DNA from: Perkinsus chesapeaki ATCC PRA-425
Lineage: Eukaryota; Protista; Perkinsozoa
DNA: 33,678 nucleotides
Direction of reading: 5' to 3'
NCBI GenBank assembly: GCA_013115145.1
Contig: JAAPAO010000389.1
Span: 1-33,678 of the forward strand
Shown in pieces: positions 20,227 through 33,597 of this stretch (within the stretch, counting starts at the first letter, position 1; the number at the start of each line of letters is the position of its first letter). Under the pieces are notes generated by a model that searched no databases, had not been told where the DNA came from, and saw only the letters and a list, made by a program, of their open reading frames with translations. The position numbers and the translations under genes were made by a program.

Positions 20227-20851
20227 CTACGGAGCACTTTCCATACGGAGAATCAATACAATTAAAGAACTTCTTGTTACACTAGCGCTGGCATTTAGCC
20301 ACACCAGCGTCAGTGAAGGTAATACCATGTAAAAGCACTTGTAGTACTCCACACAGTGGAAGAGTGGCACATGACAGGACAGTATAGGAGGAAGCGAGTC
20401 CTGCCTACTACTAGTGAAGTGTAGGTGAGGAAGTCTGACGACCTCCTGAAGAATCATCTACGTGAAATGACTAATTTGATCAGTGAAGAAGGAGTGTCCA
20501 CGGGGGACAGTGTTCACGACGGATGACGGACACCAACTTGATTGATGACAAACCGTTATCATAAAACCAGGTAGATTACTATTTTCGAGGAGTTTCCTTC
20601 TTGCACGTCGCAGCTATGCTGTCGAACAAGGCGTCTACCTCCTCAAGGCTCAGTGCACGTCTAATAGGACCAGTGAAGGTTTGGCGATGGGCTGGGCGAC
20701 TCTGGTCCATTAGAAGCTCAGGAAGACTCATAAACCCACCAGGAAGGCGTTCATCATAATCCCCATAACCGAAAGATTCCAACGACATCTGGGTTTCAGC
20801 GCTGGACCTGCGGCTCCAGGACAAGGGACGATCGCGAAGTAGATATGACAT
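20227..20851 (-). CDS. Hypothetical protein, spliced
   Basis: ATG-initiated 90-aa ORF ending at a GT donor, with further exon-like sequence downstream. The 3' end is uncertain. Confidence 0.4.
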
Positions 20852-21047
20852 TAGCTGATACTTATTAAGAATAGCTCAACAGAAGCTCGAGTCACTGGTG
20901 CTTTGTCACGGTCAACACAACCACAAGTCTACATTGAGACACTAAAGTCGCTGCTGGCGCACAATGATGTTAATTACTAGTGTCGTAATAGAACATCTCG
21001 TTCTCTTGCTGGGGAAGCTGCTAAGACAAGTGGCGAGTGGCGCGGCC

Positions 21048-24000
21048 TTAATTAGTGTCATTTGCCTTACTCTTCCCCGCCTGTACATCGCTTTCGCCAC
21101 CAGCGTCCTCCTCACTCAGAGCCTTGTAAAGCATAAACGTCTCTCTCGTAAGAGATTTCAATCGGTTGCTATAATCGCAAAGCTCATTAACACCGAGTAT
21201 CCACACGTCAAAAGCATCTGAGCCGATCCAGAAGATTAAATCGGATCTCAGGGCGTGGTACTTCTGTTAGGCATTATCAAGTCCAATGACGCTCGCGGTG
21301 CACCCTGGCGACACACCAACGTCACGCACAATAAGCAAGAGGCTTCGGCATACTCCTTCGATGACTGAGCAAGTGGTACGGCGAAGGTGTCAACAAATGC
21401 TCTGAACCATTGGACTTGCCTTCTTTCTAAGCTGCATTGTAGAATGACTCGTTACCTGCCCTACGGGACGGGCCGACGACTTCACAGCTGCCAGTCTACG
21501 GAAACACTGGGAGGTTTCGCCAAACTCCACCCGGATCTGTTGTCGGCTTTGGTCTCGTATAGAGTCTGTCACCTACGATGTCGGCGATCTGCACAACTCT
21601 ATCACGTCGGGGTCTGTCTGCTCCAGGCTCCTCCCAAACAATTTCCCAAGAACCGGAGGGGGAACCTAGGCCACAGTCCGACTGGCAACACGCGTAGCCT
21701 GTACTGAGGATGCGGAAGACTCTTCGATGAGGAACGGGTTGCCTAGAGAGAAGGCCGCTCTTGGACGGTAGCTTCCCAAGAGACCATCCCTCCGCCTTTA
21801 GTAGCTTACATCTGCCACAGAGACTCAGTATTATTGGAGCCAAAGCTTACACATAGTCATTCGACTCCCTCTGAGTCATAGCATCGGTGATGGAACTACT
21901 GTGATGGATGGCGACAGGTGGCTAAAGACATGTAAACAGCGAGTGCCGGACAACATACCGGTACACTGCTGCCCGAAACTGCTTCCCGATCATGCAGGGC
22001 ATCCCTAGCCTGAGAACGGCTTCGAATTCTGCCGACCCCAACGGTCAGACTTAGATGGGTCTTACTTCATCCCTTTCCTGTCTAACCTGTCCCAGCTCCC
22101 GTTCCAGCGATGCACACTGATGTGTAGCCTCGTCCAAGCGTGCCTCCACACTTGACACTGAAAAGCAGGCAGCGGTTCATCACAAGGCATCATGGGCGAG
22201 CTCCCGGCGTACTCTGTGTTTCCGTTCGACTCAGTTCCTCCGCAAGCTTATCTCTTTCCTTCTGCACTGCGGTGAGCTTACAAGACAGTTCTCGCTCTTT
22301 TACAGTCTGACCGCCGAAGCTTGAGGCCTGGTAGTATCCTTGGGCTCACCCCTTCTCTCGAGGCCCCCATCACAGTGGTGGCCTTGGCAAGCTGCCTCTC
22401 TAGAACATCAACTCTACCAGCCTTCATCTCGTATCTTCAGTATCATGGTACTTAATAACCAACACAAGCCGCTGTTCCTACTTCCGCAGTAGCTCCCCAT
22501 ATACAGCACTCTCCTCTACAGTCTGCCTGAAGCCTCTAGTCTGCGCCCCAGTCGTCGCTGTTCCTGGCAACTTCCCATGCTGGCTCCGATTCGAGACGCT
22601 TAGAACTACTGCGCCTCACAGCCCCTGCCATCATAGCGTCTAAGGCCGTCATAAGCTGCTCGCCCGTCTCCTTGCACTTCAGGCCTCCAACGGCCTTTCT
22701 CATTAGGCTCACCCAGCTGCACTCGCCTATAGACCACAGAGCTTATGGCACTGACCGCCGAAGCCAACGCGTCTATCAATATCCCACCCGCTATCGTCAC
22801 TCTATGACGAGCAAGAAGCTCCTCAAAGCGAATCTGCAGCCCCGCGCCAAGCCCCGAGCCGCTCTCAGACACCAAACCATTGCAGGAGCGTCGAACCTAT
22901 CACCCCTCTAGCGCGGCGTGCAACTGTGCCCTACCATGGCGGCGACTACGCTGCAGAACTGTCTCCTACCAACGTCACTCTCAACCCCAATGGACTGTCT
23001 CAGTAACTCGCCATCGGTTGCGGACATGCCTAATCAGAGATCAACTAGGCGCAGCGAGACCGATGTGATGATACTCTTCTCGCCGTCAAATTCCCTGAGA
23101 AGCTTCGCCAGTCGTAGCGGACTCCGGCAGCACTTTTCATACAGCTGAGAGCTTCGAGGTGCCGGTGAAGTAGAACTAAAGGCAGTACTTGCTTGAGGAG
23201 CCTATCTCTGAGGTGCTCTGGAAGAACGCTGTCAGGCTCAGGCGATGTTTCCTGCTCGACTGGGGCCAGCAAAAGTTCCTACGGGAACGGAACAAACAAC
23301 CTTTCCGAAAGCTCCGAGGCAAAACAAAGACTTCTACAGTATCCACTTGGTAGCTGGAACCATCCGCGCTCTCCCACTTACCTCAACCTGCGTGGCATTC
23401 TCCCGTAGCTGCAGACGTGTTTGAATTGACTTATCAACCCTACTTTGCTGTCGACCCCCAATACCACACACGGTATGATTGCCCCGCTCCGTCGTGGCTT
23501 GCGTCAAGCCTGTCATTTCAGATACTCCTGGTAGCTCCGTTAAAGGGCCGCCTCGCTTCACCACGCCACATTTAGTGGTTCTACCGTGCTGCTTAATGAG
23601 GCGTAGTGGATCAATGCCGAGCCTTTGAGTGCTTTCACTTATACCCATCTCACTCGCGAGTGTGCCACTACCGACGAAGGTACGATTGCCGAAGGAGACT
23701 TCGCTCATTTGAGACTGGTTCAGCGTCTGGTTGATACTCCGTGGGGACAAGGCATCGTCCTCATCAATAGTCAAGTCAATTAAGTTCACCTCGTAAGGTG
23801 TTTCAGTCGACTCCGTCACAGCCGCGCACTTCTGCTCAGAGTGGTTCGATACCGGTATTGGCACAGCGTTATCAGCAGGAGCCTTGCTTTGTTCTTGAAC
23901 GTCCTTAGATATGGTGACAACCCGAGTAACAGCACTATCAAGAGGTGTCGACTGCTCAGATGGTATCGCCCAGCCAGTCCTCGAGATGACAACTGTGTCG

Positions 24001-24137
24001 CTTGGGCGTGTTTCAGGGGCCTCAGGGGATAATCTGATGGTCTCCAAGCTTGCACTCACATCGTCATCGAAGCTATCGGAAGGACTGCCGCTACTGTCAG
24101 TGACAGGAACTGCCACGTTCGGGGATGTCGCAATGTT
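21048..24137 (-). CDS. Large hypothetical protein: low-complexity Ser/Thr N-part, coiled coil, unknown C-terminal domain; may be the 3' part of the gene starting at 26807
   Basis: 260-aa open exon 23334-24116, coiled-coil exons (ERELSCKLTAVQKERDKLAEEL, SVEARLDEATHQCASLERELG) and a terminal exon ending ..GKSKANDTN*. No ATG before the acceptor at 24138. Confidence 0.55.
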
Positions 24138-24223
24138 CTGACAAGCAAATTAGTTTCATGCAGTTTGGAGGGGCGCTTCAAAATTCATACGCCGGAAAAC
24201 AAGGGAAAACGGCTGAATAAGAA

Positions 24224-24295
24224 GGGCTGAGCCGAGAATCGAACTCGGGACCTCTCGCACCCAAAGCGAGAATCATACCACTAGACCACACAGCC
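24224..24295 (-). tRNA. tRNA-Pro(TGG)
   Basis: GGCTGTGTGGTCTAGTGGTATGATTCTCGCTTTGGGTGCGAGAGGTCCCGAGTTCGATTCTCGGCTCAGCCC forms a cloverleaf with anticodon loop TT-TGG-GT. TTTT terminator lies about 15 nt downstream. Confidence 0.97.
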
Positions 24296-24319
24296 ACATA
24301 AAATCCCTGCACATCTTAC

Positions 24320-26807
24320 TGAGATACACCTTTCCTGATATTCAATAAACCACAAGGGCGGCTGCAGAACCTCACTAGTTGCTAATGATGCCGTAGCGGA
24401 AACCTCCTGAACATGAACGTTCTTGCAATCGAAGCCCATTTCTCCCTACAGTCGAGGACATGCTCAGGCTGGGCCCATCCTCCTCAACCCTAGATGGAAG
24501 AGAAGCCGTAGACGACGGTAGTGTCTGTCGAGTCCTTCTTAAATGGCCATATATGATCTCCTCATATGCTTCACCATTGCTATCAGTGCCTAGCATCATA
24601 ACCCCTCCCAATAAAACCAACATGCTTTGTATAGTAGTACTCGCGCGTAACAGATCTCTATGACCAAGCACTTCTATGCTGGCAGTCACCGTGCCGAGGC
24701 CCTTGCCGTATGCCTGGACTGGAGGGTTCAATATCTGTAACAAATAGTCAGCTACATTTTAGTCATATAAACGTACATTGGTAGTAGAGACCGAGTCAGC
24801 AAAAGAGTCATCGCAGTTGTACGCGCCATGCGACCGACGACGAAGACGCGGTAAAGGATTCTCTATAATCTCGACCGACGTGTCGGCCTACCGAATCACC
24901 TCCGGGCACTCCAAATGATACTGGAAGACCCTACTTGACTCTGGTGGTGCAATGCCGGTTCGTGAGCTGGCGGCGGAGCTTCCACGGCATTTGCTTCCTG
25001 GCCACCTTCTGCATTTCGACGAATCTGCTTGTACCGATCCCGTACCTCCATAAGGCGACGAGACATCGTCATAGATACACCACCAGCGGCCCGCCCAGTA
25101 TGATCAACGCAACTCGGGATCCGTTCTAGACAACGAAGAGCTAACAATCATGGGTTGAACCAAGCACATCATATAAGGTCTCAACGGGAACAGTCTCAGT
25201 GCTGTATTTAACCCTTGGCCTGACATGAGCCCCTCAGGTCCCACCCCTTCAGATGCGCGTACCTCTTGGGTTGCATAAGAAGGGAGAGCCTCCTCGAGAA
25301 GGTGAGTTGATCCCTGATGGCGACTGCCTATTTTACTAGGAGTACCCCCGATTTTAGGAGGCCCTTCATCCTCGGACTCCACAGCTGTTGCTACCTAATA
25401 AGAAACCATAATCGACTATCTTACACACTAAAAGGAACTACCATAGGGAGGCTTCCCGCCAATTGGCTGGACAATAGAGACCTGTGAAAGTAATGTAACC
25501 AACTTCTCTACAGCGAGAGCCTTATCACCCTTTTGTGGTGTTAACGTAGACCGCCGGCTCGCTCCTCCCTACGGTTCGAGGCGGTGGCCCAAATCTTGTC
25601 GAGTAGGAATGGAATTTGCCTGTAAGTGAACAATCGTAGTACGAACCCCCGAAGAGCCATATTTTTCGTGACAAATGAAAACAGGCGGATCCTCCTCACT
25701 CTTGGTGGAGAATTCAGGCGACCAAGGTAAGCCGTTTCCCGCTGCCAAGGCAGATGCTGTCCTTGACTTCAACATCGAACATAGAGGACTCGATTGTCCC
25801 AAAGATGCTTCCAGATCCTAAGTACAGTATAATTTGCCCTGCTAGTGTTCGCCCCAACACGACCGTCAAGTGAAGACTACCTGGAGTACAGATTGCGATA
25901 CCATCCTAGAGTTCTGCAGCCGCTGCAAGCAACGCATTTCCTCCTCTTCCAACGCTGACAGCTCCGCCTCCTCGGCTTTAGCATTCGCTAGTATTCCCTA
26001 ACGCGGACCAGCTCATTCCACAGAGCCACTCCTATCAGTACCAGCCGTTTCCGCTCGGCGGCTTCTCGCAACTTTCGAAGACGTTTCTCTCGCTCAGCCT
26101 TGACCTATCGCCATCATCCTTTCCCTTTGATCCCACTCGTTCCTAACTACCTGTAGCTTCCCCTCAATGGAGGCTTGCTGAATCGCTACAGCCTTCTTTG
26201 ATTTAACCGCCCGGTCGTTGGCCTAGGGGAGACTTAGTACAGACTACGATCATTTTCAATGATTTTACCTCGGACACGCGTTTCATCCTCACTATCTCCG
26301 CGCTCTCCTTTCTGGCTCGCCTAGTCGCCTCCTTCTTAGTTGCCAATGCCTCTTCCTTATTGCGAAGATGCTTAAAAGAATACACCGTCCCCACACTGGA
26401 TGGCTCCAACCGTCTACTACCTGTTCCTTAGTAATGCCTAAGTTGGCCTTCAATTCAAGTGCCTTCTTGGCATTCTCAATTTCGCGAAGCTTCCTGGCCT
26501 ACATGCAGCCTCACTCCCACTGCAGGAAGCTCCCTCAACGTTACCCGTTCCAGCTCCCTCAGACTCTGCCGTCTCTCCATAGCAGAGGCCCGGCCTTGCT
26601 CCAGCTTCTTAGCGTGCCGTCTCACTTCATCCAGGTTGCGCCATATTTTCTCCTCTTCCCTTTTAAAGTACCTAACCGTTGCCTATGGAGGCACCGTCCC
26701 CCGCAGAGCGTCTACGCTATCCGGGACTTGAGGGCCTGCTTATCAGCCTCAACACTCCTTTGTAATCTGCATGTATCAGATAGGCTTAGTCGATGAGGCC
26801 CCTCCAT
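24320..26807 (-). CDS. Coiled-coil protein (charged, alveolate-type) with low-complexity C-terminal exons
   Basis: MEGPHRLSLSDTCRLQRSVEADKQALKSRIA|YFKREEEKIWRNLDEVRRHAKKLEQ..LEEEEMRCLQRLQNSRM. Continuation below ~25550 is inferred only from ORFs and splice-like sites. Confidence 0.6.
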
Positions 26808-26934
26808 AATTCAAGTACAACTTTCAAAGTCACGACCTGTCTTGCGCACGGGGCGCGCGCAAAACAATTTGCACGAAGGGTGCAGGAAAAGCGCATGATG
26901 GCCAGCTAGAACCTCCACCACAGTATTGTGCATT
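26808..26934. promoter_or_regulatory. Short divergent intergenic region (putative bidirectional promoter / strand switch)
   Basis: 127 bp lie between the inferred minus-strand ATG (26807) and plus-strand ATG (26935). Position is the only evidence. Confidence 0.35.
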
Positions 26935-29900
26935 ATGGTGAAAGCAGCCAGCAAGGAGCAGTTAAAGACCACTCATTTTGGTGCTACAACCTTACCTAGG
27001 ATAGCTGCGCAAAGGGTAAGGTCATGAAAGGCGCCACCTCTCCCAACTTACAATAAGAAACCATCACAAAGTTTAACCTTGCTGGTCAACTCTTGATTCA
27101 GGGGGCTTCCAGTACACCAGTTACAGCCAGAACGCACAGAGATAGTCGATTCTCTAGCCAGAAGTGAACACATTACAACTGACTTAACCTAGCACATCAT
27201 CAGGTTGTCGGGGTTCTTGTCAAGTCGAGGCAATACGGGGGCTAATAGGGGCCTTCACGAGCTTGTAGACCGAACGCTGGATGAATTCTCATCGGGTAGG
27301 GAATGCAGTGCGGGGCCATAAGTATGTGACCACCAAAAGGTGTTGCTGATGAAAGCATCACAGCTGCATCAACTGGGATGCTAGTGCGTTTGCTAAAGTG
27401 GCATGCCAATGAGCAAATTGAATTTGCCAAATTCCCCGTCAGCTTGCGCAGCCCTAGGGGTCCAAATAAACTTTCCGACAATAAAAGTACCCGAACGTAG
27501 TAACCTCGCTTAAAGGACCAATTATACACCTAAATCTTGTATTAACAATACGTTTGTAAGGTGCCGCGGCTGATAGTGCTATAGAAGACGTAAGGAGAAT
27601 ACTTGCCACTGTCCGTAAACAGTATGATGAAGCCCATGCAGAGGCTGAGAGGAAGTACTCACCTTGAAGGCTTCCATAATACCATTTAATCAGAGAACGA
27701 GAGCTGAATCTATTGAGGGAGAGGATTCAGGCGGTTGACAATGTTTCCCAGGTGAAGCGCCCAATTGAGCACACCGTGAACTCATTGCCCCAAGTAGGTG
27801 GATACTGAAGAGGTTTTTAAGATGGAAGGAGCTAGGCAGAAACTCGAAGACCAACTCCAGGAAGTTAATAACAAAATTGAGGAAGCTAAAATGAACAGAA
27901 AGGTATCATTGCCGTCAGGGGACGTCTATGCTGACGTTGAGAGAATCCTCGATGAATGGTCCGTCTCAAGGTTTACGATCATATGCTCGAAAGAATCAAA
28001 AGAGAGTATTTGCACATTCGCGAGCAAATGGTGAAGATGGAGAAGCATCTGAAACGCAAGAAGGCAGAATTCAAGGAAAAGGTGGCTAATGAACACAAAT
28101 GACGTCGACAAGCGCTCACTTACTCAGGCTGAAAAAGCACGCCGGGTTGCGGTGGAACGCGAAACCGCGACGAAAGAGTACGAGGCAGCTTTGGCAGAGC
28201 TGGAAGAGGAGAGAACTGCAAGGGAGGGGGCATTAGAAGATATGATGGGTGAAGAGGCCCTCTCGTTCATAGGACTTTCCAGCACACTGTAGGCTCGCTG
28301 CAGTCTATGAAGGATAGCATAAAGAGACGCGCTGACTTCGAGCGATGGAGGCACGAGGTGGCGCTTGAAGCAGCAAACGAGGTAGTCAGATCGAGTTCAG
28401 CGAGAAAACAAGGGGCACTGCCTCCGTAGGCCTTCAACGCGTCCGCAGGGCGGCTCCGCAAACTGTGGGTAATGGAGAAACTGACTGGAAACTGTCTGCA
28501 AAAAATCATGGTCGAGCAAGTAAAAATGCTGGTAACTTGTGTACCTTCTTATGCGATGACCGGCAGGTCCAAAAGTCACAGGCTACGGAGGATGGTTTCC
28601 AAAGGATTCGCGAGGTTACCGGCCTCAATGATGTCATGGACATAGTTCATCGCTTCCTTAATCGGGAGCTCGAACAAGTATCCCTAGAAGGCCGACTGCC
28701 TGGGCGTTGTACACCTTATCGATCTCGATTGTACACTTTATACCATTGGAATCAGTTATAAGGAGTACCCCGGGCATCCGATGCAGTTCCTTGCGGGATA
28801 ACTCACACGGCATTTTCCTTTTTACAGGACCATCTCAAGCAATGTGTAAAAGAGGCTGAAGCCCGGCTTGAGGAGTTGAAAAAAGAGAATACCAGGTGAA
28901 GTAGAGTTTTAGTCTTCCTATTGGGGCTCACCATCCCCCCGCGCTCTGCCAGGGGTGCTCCACCTGATGCAGCGGCTTGCCTCGCATTTGTCCGCGCTAA
29001 GATGAACTTGCCAGGTTACGGACCGAGGCGGCGGATGCTAACCTGTTTGTACCAAACGAATTAGGAGATGAGCTACCTGACCCTTTAACAAATGAGAATA
29101 GGTATGATGTTATGGTCAACATGTTAGAAGGTCTATGGTCAGGAGCCTATACATAGAGATAGACGAACGAGAGCGGGAGTTGGCTAAGGTCAATTTCAGG
29201 GTTTTCTTCCTTCCTTCTCTTTTGCAAATAGGTGAGCAAGTCCTATACGGTGTCGAGGGATAGGCTACAGAAGGCCAGGATAGAGGCTGAACACGTTCGG
29301 CGATGGGTACCACAGGGCAGTGTTGTAGCCGCCAGAGTGTTGCGATACGGCAGGCTGAACGAGTGAATAAGTCTATGGGAGCGTTCGAGGATCAGATGGA
29401 CCTCTCGAGCCCTCAGTGCTATCAAGCTCTTGCACAGTACTTCGAAAGGTGAGCAGTTTCCGCATCTTAGTTCTTGCTCCAGTTTAACGCTCAGGCTGCC
29501 TAAAACAATTGAACTCTTCTGTGCTCATGTTAAGGAGCAGCTCGCGTCGGGCAAAGTGGGTACAATGAAGCTTAACCCTACAATCACTTCACAGGTCCGA
29601 ATTAAGAGCGCGACCCAGGCCAAGTCTCGAGCCGTTCGAGAGCAAAACGATCTACTGAATGACGAAGAGTTCGGTCGGGTCAACTGTCGTGTTCGCTCTA
29701 GTGAGTCTTCAGTCGTTCTCCTCTAGCGGTTTTTGACAGCACAATGGCGAGAACGGAGATCAAAAGCATCTAGCATGTCCCTTGGTCTCATCAGGTAGAG
29801 CCCTGGCATCACCAGTGAATAGAGCCCCTCGGCCTGAAAACGGGACTAAAAAGGGCGATATGATGGATGACGTTAACGACGAAGATGATACTGTAGACGA

Positions 29901-30085
29901 TCCGCGGTACACCTCTGACAGAGAAGTCTTGAAGGCGACGAGCAGCAGCAAGGTCACTGAGGAAGAGAAAAAGATAAAAAGGTGAGCTCACCCAGCGTGT
30001 ACGCATATGGCGTTTTTGCAGTACAAAGCTACGCAAGAAGAAGAAAGCTCCGGAAGTAGACCTCGATGAGTGGAGCGTTTCCTAG
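26935..30085 (+). CDS. Outer dynein arm docking complex subunit, DC1/ODA3 (CCDC151/ODAD3)-like, multi-exon
   Basis: Long coiled coil with EDGFQRIREVTGLNDVMDIVHRFLNRELEQ, then NCRVRS, an acidic tract and SDREVLKATSSS near the C-terminus. Start exon is inferred. Confidence 0.7.
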
Positions 30086-30213
30086 TTGCATGGGAATCGT
30101 GCTTGTGGACCACACAAGTCGCTGTTGTGTTATGCAGTACCTTACTCGGGGCATCCCACGCCTCAATACAAAAAAAGCTGCGCGGAGCTAATCGCTAGCT
30201 GATGCAAGTGTGA

Positions 30214-33200
30214 ATGCCAACACGGTTTGAGGAGAATCTTCGGGGTCTAGGCGATCGCCCGCAACGGAGGCTGAACCCAAGAATATCACCCGTTGAGAAA
30301 AGGTGAGCGTAACACCGCTATCAAAAACTCTAAGTGAGACATCGCTGCGAGGAGATATTGCACAAGCATACCAGAGCGATGTCCAGCAGCTGGCGGAGGT
30401 GTCGCCAGTAGGTTTCTATCGGAGACATGTAAAGACGAGCTTACACTGCAGTGGGTTAGCATCACCGAGCACAGTCTCATTAGCATTGTGGCAAGTGTCT
30501 TACCTGAGGATCACAACAACTCGAGCAGAGCACCAGACATGGAGTGGGTTGCCATCAAGGTATGAATAAGGCATTTCGTATACCGCAGAATATACACCTA
30601 GCCAGAGCAAACTGATTCGTTATGAAAGGTTCAAGAGATCGTCAGGACACTGGTACAGATAGTCCTACGGGTAGCATTCGAACGTCTTGGAACCAAGGAG
30701 GAGGAATTGACTGGACTCAGACGCAAACTCGTCAATACAGAGGAGAGACTAAAGACTGTAATAGGACCCTAAAATAATGGTTACATCGATTCACAGGCAA
30801 TTGGAGACCACATCCGGGAGATACAGGTGTTGAAAGAAGAGCTCAAGACTGGTAAAGCCGTCGTCTCAGACTAGGTGAATGCCCTGCACGTGTTAGTGAG
30901 ATCAACAGCGGCATCGTCGCAGAAGAAGCAGGCCAACACCTCATTAGTTTCGTCTAAAACATCACCAAGCTTCGCTAAGAAGGAAGGGAAGACTGAGCTG
31001 AATGCAGAGGCGATACCGCTGGACACACAGAATGCTACAGGCCACGTCGCCGCTTTTTATCAACCTATGGAATACGTTGACTCGGACACCAAGCAACTCC
31101 TGGAGCAAATCGTCCAAGGTGTGGCAGATGATTGGGTATGTATTGCTAGATGAGACCATGTATAATCAGAGCGACTGAGGGTAATCCTGAGCTCCCCATC
31201 GCCGGAAAATGCTCTACATAAGCAAAGCGCGGATAAATCGCAAGCTGTACCGGTGGAGTCCTCGAACGGCTCGGCTCAGAAAGAGGAGAACAAAAGTAAC
31301 GATAATACTGCAGGATGCTCTTAAAGAGGACCTTGTTCGATGATCCAAGTCCGGGCTAATGGATGGGATCACTTTTTCAGGATTGGCGCGGGACTTACAG
31401 TCGAGTCGAAGGAACGAAGTGAAACTTGAAGAGGAACTCCGAGTAATAACACCACCTTCGCGGATTCAACAATCAACTTTTCCCATCATCCCCGGAAGCT
31501 CAAAGAATACTCGCGTTTCTGCGACGAACGTTCTTCTTATGCTCAGGCACTCCAGGGCCGTTTGGAAGCTAGTCAAGAGCAGGTCGAGGCACTTCGGAGA
31601 GAGCTGCGTGCTCAGTCTAGCGGAATGGTGCTACAAGATGACCGTATCGACTTCACTGGATCTGTTTCAACGGAGGCAACCTCTTTCGGCCGACGAATCT
31701 GGCTATAATTAGTCGCTCAGGCAAGAATCTCTGAGAACCCAGATGTGAGAAGTGGGGACCATCCGGTCCGGAAAGATATTCAAGTGGCAAATGCAATTGG
31801 CCCGTGAGCGTCCAAGCAGATTGACTATAAGCTCAGTAAGCCAGGCCTGTCACTTCCCCGTACGGAGTTGAGCAAATGCAAAACATCCAAAGTACAGCAG
31901 GATTACATAAAGATGGAGGAAGCAGACGCAATGACCGACCGGTCTCAGTAAGCGAAGTGTGGCTGCCTATTCAAGCGACGATGTAGGAACAGCCGCCACC
32001 AAGAGTTATGGATGAAGGCGAAAAATTAAGACCCAAGTCCGAGATGCAACGCCCGTACGCCTCGTCGGTCACGGCTTTTCAAGCCGGCGAGGATGATTCT
32101 GATGTGGGTTGTTTGTTGCATTGCTTTGGCATCACTGACCACAGGAGAGTTTATGAGTGATTTCGGATGTCAGGAGCTTGGCTACGAGAGGGGAAAGAAA
32201 GACATCCCAAGACAGGCGGATGATAGGGCGATTGAGCCTCGGTTGACACACAATAATGCATTAGAAAGGTGACCTGCACTATATTAACTAACAAACATTG
32301 CGCATGTTACGAGGTCTCGTTTTGAAAAGGGAAGTCCTCAAGCGCATGTCAGAGCCGGCGGATCGCGAGACGAAGACGCACTGCCTACCAGCACTCAAAT
32401 CAGCGACTCACAGAGGAAGGAGGCAGTCGCGGCTATGTCGACAAGGAGTTCTCAGCCCTCCTTGGGAAAGACGAAAATAACAAAGACATCTGACATGACC
32501 GATAAATCGTCTGAATTCCAGTCCGAGTGAGTGCAATACGTGCGCCATCTGCTGTTCCAACCACCAATTGCCCTCAACTGTTGTTTCGGGACCGATTCCT
32601 CTAGGGAGCGATCAAACGATGCTCCCGGGGCAGCAAATGCACGAACGAAGGAAGTGAGAAAAAATTCTCTGGCCTCGAGGGGACAGACGACGAAAGAGGT
32701 AGGATTACGCGATTGCCTCCGTTCGGTAGCTGGATATTCGTTCAGTCGAATGAAGATATGGAGAAGTTGAAGAGGAAAATCATCACTTTGAGAAAGCAGA
32801 TCTTGTCCGAAAAGGTGGGCGTTGTCGACTAGATTATAAGCTGTAATTTATGCCACGCTGTTTCAGGAGGAAAATCATAAACTACACAGTGCGATGGCCG
32901 AAGTGAGAATGCGTTTTGAAGAGTTCAAAGCCAGGGCTACTCAGGCTGTGAGCATTCGATTATCTCTGTACAAGTCCAAAGTTTCATAGCTTCCCTCGTG
33001 TCCTCTTAGTTAGCTGACGGTGCTGGTCCCGACGCTCTGGATGCGATCGCTCAGCAAGCTGGACTTGAGGATATCCTTCTAGTGAGTAGAGACTGCTACT
33101 CCGACTACCGCCAGCAAGAAGACGTCCTTCTTATTTAACAGATTTCTGCGGATGGGGAATTCGAAACCATGAAGTCCTCTATGAAAGTCTTCGAGAGGCT

Positions 33201-33501
33201 CTATCTGTACTTTAAGGAGCTACATTAGTAAACTTGTTTCCGGATGCGGACGGACTTCAGGGATTTTTATCGCCGGATGGAACGGATGCGCCTTCTTAGA
33301 GAGCGCTATAGCCAAGAGCTGGAACGACGCCTTCAGCAAGCGCGGTGATACCGAATTTGAACATTGCACTTTAAACACGCCTATAGCAGGTTCCCCGCTG
33401 ATTGGAGTCCCGAAGGCGTCGATGATCAGCTCATCGTTCGATCCTATATTTCTATTCCACGGCAACGGCGTATGCCGACTCAAGAAATGGACACTCTTTG
33501 A
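30214..33501 (+). CDS. Hypothetical coiled-coil protein, many short exons
   Basis: Spliced segments FERLGTKEEELTGLRRKLVNTEERLK, LEASQEQVEALRREL, MEKLKRKIITLRKQILSEK and KVFERLY|RDFYRRMERMRLLRE. Ends are inferred. Confidence 0.6.
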
Positions 33502-33597
33502 GTAACGAGTTCAGCAAGACCATGAATGTTCCATTAAACATGTGCAATCTGTCGCGTTTATATAGTACAGTAAAAGCGGGTTCGTTCTACACCATTT

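Noticed and set aside
24375-24743. ORF superficially like a retroviral aspartic-protease region (VQAYGKG..LLGG)
   Set aside because: There is no D(S/T)G, gag knuckle, RT or LTR nearby. It fits as low-complexity exons of the host gene.
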